The notes under the pieces: model-generated
What the model saw: the letters and a program-made list of their open reading frames with translations, nothing else
What the model was told of the DNA's origin: nothing
Database searches by the model: none
Position numbers and translations under genes: made by a program
Source of the DNA: an uncultured Thermococci archaeon
GTDB taxonomy: Archaea; CAYQAE01; CAYVLA01
Assembly: GCA_964549615.1 (NCBI GenBank)
Contig: CAZJVP010000104.1
Span: forward strand, 57,919 to 121,918
Direction: 5' to 3'
DNA length: 64,000 nucleotides
Part shown: piece by piece, positions 9,344 through 18,046 of the stretch
Numbering within the stretch: the stretch's first letter is position 1
Layout: each line of letters opens with the position of its first letter

Positions 9344-9661
9344 TCAGTCCTGTCCTTTGGCCCTGATGACCGTCATGCTCGCCGAGGCCAGAGCCGGCGC
9401 AACGAAGGCCAGGCATACTATCCTAACCTGCAAGCTGGGCACGTACAGCCCCAGCCCCGCCAGGAAGGCGATCGATACGGATCGCCTGAAATTCCAAGAG
9501 ACGAAGGCCTTGTACAGCCAGAACCACACGATCAGCAGGAGAAGCCCGAAGAGGACTGCCATGTAACCTACGGCGAGGTAGCGCGTGAGCACGAGCAGTG
9601 CCACTAGGTCCACGATGACGAGCAGGGTGCTACGCGCGTCCAACGCCACCCCGGGCTTCAC
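9344..9661 (-). CDS. small membrane protein, hypothetical
   Basis: About 4 hydrophobic segments; 8 bp downstream of porB on the same strand. Confidence 0.6.
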   Translation of the reverse strand: MKPGVALDARSTLLVIVDLVALLVLTRYLAVGYMAVLFGLLLLIVWFWLYKAFVSWNFRRSVSIAFLAGLGLYVPSLQVRIVCLAFVAPALASASMTVIRAKGQD

Positions 9662-9668
9662 CTCAGAA

Positions 9669-10616
9669 CTAGAGGGAAGCCAGGGCTTTTAACCTCTCCC
9701 AGTCCTTGTCCACTTTCGCCTGGGCAGCCTCGATGATCGGCCTGTTCTTCTCGGTGAAAAGGTGCCTGAACCGGCCCTGCATGCGCAGCCAGTCCTCGAG
9801 GGGCCTCTTCTGGACCTTTCCCTCGGCGATCCTTTGGGTGACGCCGTTGAGGACGTACTTGCCCTCGATAACCTCGTAGAGGGGCCAGATGCAGGTCTCC
9901 ACGGCTGCCTTTCCGAGCTCCACCCACTGGGTCGTTTCCGCCCTCCATCCCCGAGGACAGGGGGAAAGGATGTTGAGGAAAGTGGGCCCTTCGGTTTCTA
10001 TCGCCCTGTTCGCTTTGTTGATTAGGTCCATGTAGTATGATGGGGTTGCCTGAGCCGCGTAGGGGATATCGTGGGCAGCAACGATCTGGGTGAGGTTCTT
10101 CTTGTATCCCCTCTTGCCCGGTTCGACCTCGCCGCATGGGCTGGTCGTGGTGTGCGCCCCGATGGGCGTGGCGCTGCTGCGTTGAATGCCGGTGTTCATG
10201 TAGGCCTCGTTATCGTAGCAAACGTACGTGAAGTCGTGCCCCCTCTCCAGAGCTCCCGAAAGCGCCTGGAGGCCGATGTCGTAGGTTCCGCCGTCCCCGC
10301 CGAAGGCTATGAACCTTATCTTCCTGTCTGCGGGTATCTTGCCGCGCTTCTTGAGCGCGCGATACATGGTCTCGACGCCGCTTATGGTGGCCGCGGAGTT
10401 CTCAAAGGCGTTGTGGATGAAGGGGATCTCCCAAGCGGTGAACGGGTAGATCGTGGTTGCGACCTCAAGGCAACCCGTCGCGCAACACGCCACGATCGGA
10501 AGGTCGGTGGACAGGAGTATCTGTCTCACGGCGACCGAGGCCCCACAACCGGCGCACAATCGGTGGCCGGGGGAAAGCCTTTCCTTCCTCGTTGAAAGCG
10601 TCTTCAGACTTGGCAT
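9669..10616 (-). CDS. porB: pyruvate/2-oxoacid:ferredoxin oxidoreductase beta subunit (TPP-binding)
   Basis: GHRLCAGCG, ATGCLEV, GGDGGTYDIG, YDNEAYMNTGIQRS, SPCPRGW. Confidence 0.95.
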   Translation of the reverse strand: MPSLKTLSTRKERLSPGHRLCAGCGASVAVRQILLSTDLPIVACCATGCLEVATTIYPFTAWEIPFIHNAFENSAATISGVETMYRALKKRGKIPADRKIRFIAFGGDGGTYDIGLQALSGALERGHDFTYVCYDNEAYMNTGIQRSSATPIGAHTTTSPCGEVEPGKRGYKKNLTQIVAAHDIPYAAQATPSYYMDLINKANRAIETEGPTFLNILSPCPRGWRAETTQWVELGKAAVETCIWPLYEVIEGKYVLNGVTQRIAEGKVQKRPLEDWLRMQGRFRHLFTEKNRPIIEAAQAKVDKDWERLKALASL

Positions 10617-10628
10617 CCAGTTCGCCTC

Positions 10629-11810
10629 CTACTCCCTCACTCCTAGGTATCTGACCCTCTGCTTCACCTTGCCGGTGGAGATTATCTCGGCTAGGTCCGC
10701 ATAGACTTTGGCGATGTCGGCTTGGCCGATGTCCCGGCCGCCAAGGCCGTAGACGTAGTTCACGATCTGGGGCCTGAAATCCTCGTCGAAGAGGGCATTT
10801 CTGACCTCGTTGAATACCGGTGCACCGTAGGCACCGAGGCCGTCGGACCTATCCAGTACAGCCACCGCTTTCACTCCATCAAGCAGCCTGACCATGTCAT
10901 CCTTCGGGAAGGGCCTGAAGCATCTCAGCTTGATCATGCCGACCTTCTTCCCGGCCCTGCGCATCGCCTTCACGGTCGCCCTGGTGGTACCTGCCGTGCT
11001 GCTCAGCACGATTATCGCCGACTCGGCATCATCCATGGCGTAGGGCTCCAGGAGAGAGTAGCGCCTGCCGGCAATCTTGCCGAACTCCTCGGAGACCTCG
11101 CGGACGACCGCCTCCGCGTGGGACATGGCATCGATCTCCTGCATCTTGTGTTCGAAGAAGTAGTCGTAGAGGTCGAGCGGCCCGTAGGTGACCGGATGCT
11201 CGATATCCAGCAACGGGTGGGTGGGCACATACTCGCCCACGAAATCCTTGACCACGTCGTCATCCAGAAGCTCCACCCTCTCCACCGCGTGGGAGGTTAT
11301 GAAGCCATCCATGCAGCACATCACCGGGAGCCTCAGGTCCTTGTGTTCGGCAATCCTGACTGCCTGGATGGTGTTGTCGTAGGCCTCCTGTGGGTTCTCC
11401 CCGTAGATCTGGAGCCACCCGGAGTCCCTAGCGCCCATCGTGTCGGAGTGGTCGCAGTGTATGTTTATTGGGCCTGACAAGGTCCTGTTTATCACGTTCA
11501 TGACGATCGGCAGGCGGTATCCGGCAGCGATGTACAGGATCTCCCACATGTAGGCCAGGCCCTGCGAGGAGGTCGCCGTCATGACGCGTCCCCCCGCTGC
11601 GCAGGCTCCCACGCATGCGCTCAGTGCGCTGTGCTCGGATTCGGCGACTATCAGCTCGGTCTGGACCGAGCCGTCGGCGACGAACTGCGAGAAGCTTTGC
11701 ATGAGCTCGGTCTGAGGGGTTATCGGGTAAGCCGCGACGACGTCCGGATCTATCTGCTTCATAGCATAGGCAGCGGCGTCGTCCCCATTCAAGGGAAGCA
11801 CTTTGGGCAT
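10629..11810 (-). CDS. porA: pyruvate/2-oxoacid:ferredoxin oxidoreductase alpha subunit
   Basis: AAYPITPQT, ESEHSA, TATSSQGL, INIHCDHSD, YGLGGRD. Confidence 0.95.
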   Translation of the reverse strand: MPKVLPLNGDDAAAYAMKQIDPDVVAAYPITPQTELMQSFSQFVADGSVQTELIVAESEHSALSACVGACAAGGRVMTATSSQGLAYMWEILYIAAGYRLPIVMNVINRTLSGPINIHCDHSDTMGARDSGWLQIYGENPQEAYDNTIQAVRIAEHKDLRLPVMCCMDGFITSHAVERVELLDDDVVKDFVGEYVPTHPLLDIEHPVTYGPLDLYDYFFEHKMQEIDAMSHAEAVVREVSEEFGKIAGRRYSLLEPYAMDDAESAIIVLSSTAGTTRATVKAMRRAGKKVGMIKLRCFRPFPKDDMVRLLDGVKAVAVLDRSDGLGAYGAPVFNEVRNALFDEDFRPQIVNYVYGLGGRDIGQADIAKVYADLAEIISTGKVKQRVRYLGVRE

Positions 11811-11815
11811 GCATC

Positions 11816-12097
11816 TCACCTCTCCGGTTCCATACGTATGGCCTTCTTCGGACAGACGGCCATGCAGATCCCACAGCCTTTGCAGTGATCTAGATCAAAC
11901 CCTTTGAACTTGCCATCCGCCACGACTATGGAGGAGTCGGGGCAGTTGATCCAGCAGGTGAGGCAGTTAGAGCACAGGTCCTTGTTGATCACTGGCCTCT
12001 GCGTGCGCCACTCGCCCGTCTTGTACTCCTTTGCGTTTCCAGCCGCCAGGATGAGCCCGCCGGGTGGGATCGTCTTCCACCCGGGTTTCTCGGTCAT
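11816..12097 (-). CDS. porD: 2-oxoacid:ferredoxin oxidoreductase delta subunit (2x[4Fe-4S])
   Basis: TGEWRTQRP, CSNCLTCWINCP, CKGCGICMAVCP. Confidence 0.95.
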   Translation of the reverse strand: MTEKPGWKTIPPGGLILAAGNAKEYKTGEWRTQRPVINKDLCSNCLTCWINCPDSSIVVADGKFKGFDLDHCKGCGICMAVCPKKAIRMEPER

Positions 12098-12663
12098 GCT
12101 TCCACCACCTCCTGATAGGCTCTCTCAAGCGCCCTCATGTTGGCTTGGATCACCTTCTCGTCGAGCTTGGACCCCAAGTGTCCACGTATCGATTGCTTGA
12201 CATTCTCGAGGCTGGTGACGCGCGAGGCCTTGACGAAGGCTCCGAGGCAGGTCGTGTTGGCGATGGGTCTCCCGATTTCCTCCTTGGCGATCTTGGTGGC
12301 GTCAACCGTTAGGATCCTGCCCGAGAACCCCGTCTTCTTTCGTACCTCTTCGGGCGACATGCTGGTGTTGACGAGCAGGGTACCTTCCTTGCGCAGGCCC
12401 TCCGTCACATCGGTTGAGCCGAGGAGGGTGGGATCGAGGACCACCACGTGGTCCGGGGAATAGACGTTGCTGTGCAGATCGATGGGCTCTTCGGAGAGCC
12501 GGTTAAATGCAAGCACCGGGGCGCCCATCCTCTCCGGGCCGTACTCTGGGAAGGATTGAACATATTTGCCATCCGCGATGGCGGCCTCGGCAAGGATCTC
12601 AGCGGCAGTCTTGACGCCCTGCCCGCCCCTGCCGTGCCAGCGAATTTCCACTACTCTGGCCAA
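12094..12663 (-). CDS. porC: 2-oxoacid:ferredoxin oxidoreductase gamma subunit
   Basis: EIRWHGRGGQG, FPEYGPERMGAP, NTTCLGA. Confidence 0.95.
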   Translation of the reverse strand: MARVVEIRWHGRGGQGVKTAAEILAEAAIADGKYVQSFPEYGPERMGAPVLAFNRLSEEPIDLHSNVYSPDHVVVLDPTLLGSTDVTEGLRKEGTLLVNTSMSPEEVRKKTGFSGRILTVDATKIAKEEIGRPIANTTCLGAFVKASRVTSLENVKQSIRGHLGSKLDEKVIQANMRALERAYQEVVEA

Positions 12664-12698
12664 TCAATCACCACTTGGGCGCGGCCGGAAGGAAACCG

Positions 12699-12713
12699 CT
12701 TAAATCTTTTCTC
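12699..12713 (-). promoter_or_regulatory. BRE+TATA promoter of the por operon
   Basis: Minus strand reads GAGAAAAGATTTAAG about 35 bp upstream of the porC start. Confidence 0.55.
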
Positions 12714-12728
12714 GGGGGTCTGCCCGTA

Positions 12729-13217
12729 TCAGTCTTCGGCCCTGGTCAGGCTCAGGTTAACTTGGAACTCCTTGCTGGTCTCCGCAAGCGTGCCGGAGAT
12801 CTTGTCCGTGGCCACTATCCTGACTAGGTACGCCCCACTGAGAACGAGATTGCCCGTGTAATACGGGTACTTGTAGTAGATGTAGGTCGGCCTCTTGGTG
12901 GCATTGGTTTCATGTATCTCTTTCTCGTTCTTCTTCTCGAAGTAGATGTTCCCCGCGGCATCCGAGAGGGAGATGTCGATGCTGACCCAGAACTCGTAGT
13001 GTCGGTCGACCTTCCTGGTCCGGAATCCCGTGACCTCGGTGTAGAAGAAGACGGTCTCGTCATCGCCCAAGAGGTCATTCTCCACCATCGTGAAATTCCG
13101 GGGGCCATAGTACTCTGAGGCCAGCACGATGGGCCTGAGCTGAAGCTTCTGCTGGGTGATGCAAGCGCAGCACAGGATTGCCAGCGGAAGCGTAAGCGGA
13201 ATTGCTAGGGATTTCAT
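12729..13217 (-). CDS. secreted or lipid-anchored beta-rich hypothetical protein
   Basis: N-terminal signal with Cys (LCCACI); aromatic beta-strand-like body. Confidence 0.7.
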   Translation of the reverse strand: MKSLAIPLTLPLAILCCACITQQKLQLRPIVLASEYYGPRNFTMVENDLLGDDETVFFYTEVTGFRTRKVDRHYEFWVSIDISLSDAAGNIYFEKKNEKEIHETNATKRPTYIYYKYPYYTGNLVLSGAYLVRIVATDKISGTLAETSKEFQVNLSLTRAED

Positions 13218-13305
13218 GCCGGGTCTACCGCGTCGGCCACAAGGCGCACCCGGGTAATGATATGTCTTTCGGAGCCCACTCAGTGGCCGGCCTCGGGACT
13301 GGCCG

Positions 13306-14175
13306 TCATACGCCGGTTGGGAGGATCTCCCTGACTAGAAGGCCTATCAGGAAGCTGAGTCCGGCGACGCCCAGGCTGATGCCCGCCATCTCGAGGAATC
13401 GCCTCCTGAATGGCTGGTCCTTGGCGACCGAGATGTAGAAGCTGAAAACTAGGATAACCACTATCGCATTGAGGATCGTGAACGCCAACGCATGGTAGAT
13501 GTTCACGAAGACTAGGAAAGGCATGATCAAGAAGAGAACGGTCAAGACGTAGGCAACGCCAGTGTACACCATCGCCCGCCCAGGCTTCCTCGGACCGCCC
13601 TCCGACTTGGTGGATAGGTATTCTGACGCAGCCATCGAGAAGGATGCCGCTATTCCGGTTATCAACCCCGCGACGGCAACGAGACGTGTGGTCCGGAGGG
13701 CAAAACTCAACCCGGCAAGGGCGCCGGTAAGCTCGACTAGGGCATCGTTGAGTCCTAGGACGACGGACCCTACGTATCTCAGTCTCTCCTCGTCTAACAG
13801 GCCTAGAAGTTGCTTCTCGTGGTCCTGCTCATCCGTCATGACGTCCTTGATTCCGGGCAGATGGCCCGCCATGCGCTGGTAAGCGGCCTGGGCCCTTCCC
13901 TCCCCCCTCTCCATGAGCTTGAGGGCGAAGGTGATGCCCAAGACCTTTGAGATGAGCATGAATTTGTAATACCCTGTGCGGCTCGGCGCAACATCGATCC
14001 CGGTGTTCTCTCTGAAGAAACTGTAATGCTTCAGCTCGTCCTCGGCCACCCTTTCGAGGATCTGGCTGTTGTGCGGATCGCGGACGGACTTTGCTAGCTT
14101 GCTGTATACCCGGTGTTCGGTGATCTCATTTCTCTGCGCGGCTATTAGCCTTCTCGCTAGGTTTTCTGGTTCCAT
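13306..14175 (-). CDS. rubrerythrin/ferritin-like N-terminus fused to VIT1/CCC1 metal transporter
   Basis: QRNEITEH, DELKH, DEQDHE; SVVLGLNDALVELTGALAG and SMAASEYLS (VIT1). Start placed at ATG 14175. Confidence 0.9.
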   Translation of the reverse strand: MEPENLARRLIAAQRNEITEHRVYSKLAKSVRDPHNSQILERVAEDELKHYSFFRENTGIDVAPSRTGYYKFMLISKVLGITFALKLMERGEGRAQAAYQRMAGHLPGIKDVMTDEQDHEKQLLGLLDEERLRYVGSVVLGLNDALVELTGALAGLSFALRTTRLVAVAGLITGIAASFSMAASEYLSTKSEGGPRKPGRAMVYTGVAYVLTVLFLIMPFLVFVNIYHALAFTILNAIVVILVFSFYISVAKDQPFRRRFLEMAGISLGVAGLSFLIGLLVREILPTGV

Positions 14176-14333
14176 TGGCTCACGGAGGCGCCGCGTGCTA
14201 TTAAAGTGGTGCGTGGCGTGGCTCCGTTGGACATTCGCAGGCTGCACCCCCAAGCGGGCAATACCGTGAGGTTCGTCCAGCCCCAGGTCCAAGACGGTGG
14301 CAATGCCAGCCCGGGGGCTCGACGATGCCCCGT

Positions 14334-14350
14334 GAAATTACATTTTAATT
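14334..14350 (+). promoter_or_regulatory. promoter of stand-alone 5S rRNA gene
   Basis: GAAATTACATTTTAATT; TATA spacing predicts a start near 14370-14374, where the precursor stem begins. Confidence 0.6.
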
Positions 14351-14384
14351 CTGCCGTTGGGTTGTCTGTGCGCGAGGGGCAACG

Positions 14385-14533
14385 AGCCGGCGGCCATAGG
14401 GGCCTGGAAACACCCGGTCTCATTCTTCTCGGAAACGATGAAGGAGGAACCCGAACCCGGAAGTTAAGCAGGCCTGCGTCCCTTGCTGTACTGAGGTGGG
14501 CGACCCCTCGGGAACCATGGGTCGCTGCCGGTT
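14385..14533 (+). rRNA. rrf: 5S rRNA containing a 26-nt insertion (putative BHB intron) in loop C
   Basis: Conserved 5S blocks GGCGGCCATAG, GAAACACCCGGTCTCAT, CCGAACCCGGAAGTTAAG, GTACTG, GGGAA, TCGCTGCC. Helix I ends pair; helix II GGCCTG (14401-14406) pairs with CAGGCC (14469-14474). About 121-123 nt without the insert; exact ends are approximate. Confidence 0.95.
14424..14449 (+). other. putative BHB-type intron within 5S rRNA
   Basis: TCTTCTCGGAAACGATGAAGGAGGAA, a GAAA-tetraloop hairpin bounded by a canonical hBHBh' motif; removal gives loop C UCUCAUCCCGAAC. Confidence 0.8.
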
Positions 14534-14550
14534 CGTCCAATCTCGCAGAT

Positions 14551-15129
14551 CTAATCGCCGAGCGTTCTCTTTGCGGCCAGCACCCTTTGGGCCACGGTCA
14601 CCCAGGCTAGGATGCCGATGATGACGATGCCTGCCTGAAGGACGTTGACTTGGGTGGTCAGAGGGTGGAATATGCTGAAGAGAGCCAGCATCACCTGCCT
14701 TTCAGCCCGCTCCGCGATGCCGACCGCCATGCCCGTTGACCCGGCGGCTTCGCCTCTAGCCCTGCAGTAGGGAACGAGGAACGATCCGAAGACCGTCAGC
14801 ATTACCAGCCGCCAGTCCACGATCTCGGAGAGCGCGATCCCACCTAGGACGGCGAAGTCGGATATGCGGTCGAAAGTCGAGTCCAAGAAGCCCCCGAACC
14901 GAGAGACTCGACCGGTTATCCGTGCTACCGCCCCGTCCATCGCATCAAGCGCTCCGGAAGCCAACAAGACAACCCCACCGAGCTGCACCATTTTGAAGCG
15001 GTAGAGGACGGCGGCTACGATCGCGGTGAGAAGGCTGAGGGAGGTGACGGCGTTTGGGGGCAGAAAGGATATGCCTGCAGCAAGACGATCGAAGTACGCG
15101 TTGACTGTGCGACGGTATCTCGTGAGCAA
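14551..15129 (-). CDS. CDP-alcohol phosphatidyltransferase (archaetidylinositol-phosphate synthase-like)
   Basis: PNAVT, DAMDGAVAR...FGGFLDSTFDRISD, YCRARGE, ERAER. Confidence 0.9.
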   Translation of the reverse strand: MLTRYRRTVNAYFDRLAAGISFLPPNAVTSLSLLTAIVAAVLYRFKMVQLGGVVLLASGALDAMDGAVARITGRVSRFGGFLDSTFDRISDFAVLGGIALSEIVDWRLVMLTVFGSFLVPYCRARGEAAGSTGMAVGIAERAERQVMLALFSIFHPLTTQVNVLQAGIVIIGILAWVTVAQRVLAAKRTLGD

Positions 15130-15157
15130 GGGGTTCGACGAGGCGAGTCCAGCGAGC

Positions 15158-16063
15158 CTAAAGATTGTTTCGCTTCAGCCGGCCCGAGCCGCTGTCTGCG
15201 AGGAAGTACGCTAGGGTGAAGTCGGCCAAGGTGAGGCCCAAGGACTTGACGAGTTCGGTCGGGTCCCTGAACTGCTGCGGGGTCTTGTGGTAGTCGCTGC
15301 CAAGGCTGAAGCCTAGGCCGAGGTGTTTCAGCCTCAGGCAGGTGCGACGCAGGAGCTTGAGCAGGTGGGGATGCGTCGCGGCCGTGTACAGGTCGCCGTA
15401 GTTTAGCTCTATGTATAGCCCGTCGGTCTCAACATGGTCGACGAAGCTGGCGATGTCTTCCGCCGTGAGGAGTTCTTCGTTCGCCAGGTCCCCCTTAGCA
15501 TGGATTGCAGTCCTGAGTTCCTGAAGGCGCCTGTGAAATGGATGGAATAGGACCGCTGGTTTGTTCAGCGGGCGGCACACGCTGAGGAGTTCCCGGGCCC
15601 TACGAGCCAGGTGTTCGCCCAACGAGGCGTTCTCATAGTGCCGATAGGTCGGGTCGTGGCAGCTGGTGTTCATGTGGCACCCCACGAAGTCAGGACGTCG
15701 AATGAAATCCCTGCTGACCCTGAGGATATCCCACTCGCCGACCTCCAGGCCGCTGTAGATCGAGGCAGTTCCACGGAAGGCGCTTTTCATCTCATCGACC
15801 TCCCTGTAGAAATCCATGAGTCCTTCCGTCGAGCTTCGGTAGATCACCTGACCATGTTCGGCCTTCAGAGCCGCATCCCCGATTTCATACAACTCGGAGT
15901 GGTCGAGCAACCCGAGAAAACTTATGCCGTTGTCGATGAAGCTCTGCACGAGGTGCTTCATCGGCACATCTCTCTCCTGCCCAGCATGGAGGTGAAGGTC
16001 TATCTCCTTGATGGATTTCGGAGGCGTTGGGTCAGGTGATCTCTTGGACCGAGACATCGTCAA
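15158..16063 (-). CDS. PHP-domain phosphoesterase-like protein
   Basis: DLHLH, LDHSE, GLEV, FHP, ELN, GSDYH. Confidence 0.8.
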   Translation of the reverse strand: MTMSRSKRSPDPTPPKSIKEIDLHLHAGQERDVPMKHLVQSFIDNGISFLGLLDHSELYEIGDAALKAEHGQVIYRSSTEGLMDFYREVDEMKSAFRGTASIYSGLEVGEWDILRVSRDFIRRPDFVGCHMNTSCHDPTYRHYENASLGEHLARRARELLSVCRPLNKPAVLFHPFHRRLQELRTAIHAKGDLANEELLTAEDIASFVDHVETDGLYIELNYGDLYTAATHPHLLKLLRRTCLRLKHLGLGFSLGSDYHKTPQQFRDPTELVKSLGLTLADFTLAYFLADSGSGRLKRNNL

Positions 16064-16235
16064 CCCACGTCCTCTGATGAGTCCTGCACGGACACGGTGG
16101 TTGTGTCTGCTCTGCCAATATTCTCGCTAACGTCCCTAGCCGAATTGGCCAGATGTTCGACCGGATCACTATCTCCGCAGATCTCGGGCGGCATGAGTTG
16201 TTCACCAAAGCGACGGGTATATGGTCCTTTTCGGG

Positions 16236-17033
16236 CTAGCGGCGGCCGATGCCCAGCAGTCTGGCTATCTCGTCCCCGCGGCTTGTGCGGAATTCCTCGG
16301 CGTACTTCACACCGATCCTCTTCCCTATCTCGGAGTTCATTCTCCGGATGGCTGCGTCCACGACGGGTCGGTAGCGCTTCGGGTCGATCTTTCGGTATGC
16401 AGACGGACGAATCCCTTGGGCCTTGATCGCGTTCAAGGCGCCCGCCAGAAGGAACTCCATCTGGGTTCGGTGGCAGCATAGGGCTTTGATCTTGTCTTTG
16501 ATGGTCTCGGTTATGTCGACCACCTCATTGGCATCCACATGGTGCTTGGCGATGTAGTAGCTCTTTGCGACGTTGGGCAGCTTCGTTTCTCCAACCAACT
16601 GCTCCGGATGGTACAGGGGCAGGCCGGCGAAGCCCGCTGCCTCCGTGGCAGCCAGGCCGGTTATCCTGTGGTCCTGATGGGTTTCGAAGGGCGCGAATGG
16701 GTCCCAAGTGATGATGGCGTCCGGCCGGCGCTTTCTCAGCTGGGCCATGATCTTCTCCCGAATCTCATTGAACCTGTAGTCCGCAAGCATCCCGTCCGAG
16801 TACCCCAAGAAGGTCACCGACTTGACGCCTAGGACTTCCGCTGCCTGTAACGCTTCTTCGCGCCGCGTCTCTATCAGGTCCTCGCTTTTCAGCTCATAGG
16901 ACCCTCTCTCTCCGTTGGTGACTATGACCTCTCTGACCTCTGCGCCCTCCTGAACCATTTTCCGCACGGTGCCTCCGGCAAAGAACTCCATGTCGTCTGG
17001 GTGCGCCACGATGGCCAAGACCTTTCGGGGCAA
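16236..17033 (-). CDS. PIG-L/LmbE family N-deacetylase
   Basis: AHPDDME, TNGERG, RREE, HQDH, K...HRTQ, YAEEF. Confidence 0.92.
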   Translation of the reverse strand: MPRKVLAIVAHPDDMEFFAGGTVRKMVQEGAEVREVIVTNGERGSYELKSEDLIETRREEALQAAEVLGVKSVTFLGYSDGMLADYRFNEIREKIMAQLRKRRPDAIITWDPFAPFETHQDHRITGLAATEAAGFAGLPLYHPEQLVGETKLPNVAKSYYIAKHHVDANEVVDITETIKDKIKALCCHRTQMEFLLAGALNAIKAQGIRPSAYRKIDPKRYRPVVDAAIRRMNSEIGKRIGVKYAEEFRTSRGDEIARLLGIGRR

Positions 17034-17037
17034 GGAA

Positions 17038-17835
17038 TCACCTCTGCATTCGCTTCGAGATACGGGAACATATGATGAATGCTGCTGCTGCGGCTCCGAA
17101 GCCGTTGTCGATGTTGGTCACGACGAGGCCTGGCACACATGAGTTGAGCATCGATATGAGGGCGGACTGCCCCGCCATATAGCCGTAGCCGATTGAAGTG
17201 GGAACGCCTATGACCGGCACGTCGACAAGCCCCTTGATCACAGAAGGCAGCGCCCCCTCCATTCCCGCCACAACGATCAATACGTCGACGTCCTCGTCGA
17301 CCATCTTCTTCAGCGGCAGGAAGAGGCGGTGCAAGCCCGCTACGCCCACGTCGCAGGCCATCATGGTCTTGAGCCCGGACTCCTCGCAGACGACCTGGGC
17401 TTCCTCGGCCACGGGGATGTCGGAGGTTCCGGCGGCGATTATTCCGACGCGGCATCCCAGGTCCGGAGGCTTCGAGCCCTTCCTCTTGGCCACTAGGAGT
17501 GCTGAATCCTCATGGTAGTCGAGGTCGTATTTGGCATCATGGAGGCCCCCCCGTCTTGCGAGCACGGCAACCTGCTTCACCTTCTGGGCGTCCAGCCTCG
17601 TTACGAAGATTCGGTCCCGCTTCTGCAGAACGGTTCCTAGGATCTTGGCGATGTCGCTGGGGGTCTTCTTGATGGCAAGCACCGCTTCGGGGAATCCTGC
17701 CCTTGCGTCCCTAGCGAGATCGTAGGCGAATCTGCCCTCTAGGGTCTCGAGGTGATCGAGCCTCAATTGGCGAAGGAGCTCTTCCTCGGAGACTTCGCCA
17801 TTCTTGTACCGCTTCAGGAGTTCATTGAGTTCCAA
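17038..17835 (-). CDS. larB: nickel-pincer cofactor biosynthesis protein LarB (PurE-like)
   Basis: AGTSDIPVAEEA, DVGVAGLHRL, VAGMEGALPSV, GVPTSIGYG, NIDNGFGAA. Confidence 0.9.
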   Translation of the reverse strand: MELNELLKRYKNGEVSEEELLRQLRLDHLETLEGRFAYDLARDARAGFPEAVLAIKKTPSDIAKILGTVLQKRDRIFVTRLDAQKVKQVAVLARRGGLHDAKYDLDYHEDSALLVAKRKGSKPPDLGCRVGIIAAGTSDIPVAEEAQVVCEESGLKTMMACDVGVAGLHRLFLPLKKMVDEDVDVLIVVAGMEGALPSVIKGLVDVPVIGVPTSIGYGYMAGQSALISMLNSCVPGLVVTNIDNGFGAAAAAFIICSRISKRMQR

Positions 17836-18046
17836 ACCGGATCCCGCCTTTGAACCCTCGCAGATAACGCCTCAAACGGCACCCCGAGCTTTGGATTCCG
17901 CCGCGGAACATCCGATCTGGACCCCGGGCGGGACCGGCTCGAGGCCGAACGTTCTTTCCAGACTCTTTCCCCTGATAAGTGGATTCCTCGGGCCGTCCCC
18001 TTCCGGGAAGCCCAACCGAGGGTAGACTGCCGGACCCTTTTTCTTG

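Noticed and set aside
14440-14475. SRP RNA helix-8-like CCGGAAG..AGCAG
   Set aside because: Fully explained as 5S rRNA helix III, loop B and helix II.
14176-14610. ORF-track ORFs 14157-14540 and 14206-14610 and the N-terminal extension of 13306-14292
   Set aside because: They overlap the 5S gene and promoters and have no protein-like features.
16074-16097. Hammerhead-ribozyme-like CTGATGA-GTCC-loop-GGAC
   Set aside because: The required GAAA after stem II is absent (ACGG follows), and no box D is positioned for a C/D RNA.
17850-18045. GC-rich gap with minus-strand GAGGAATCCAC and CCCGGAAGGG resembling RNase P or SRP motifs
   Set aside because: Matches are partial, the other conserved elements are missing, and the gap is too short.
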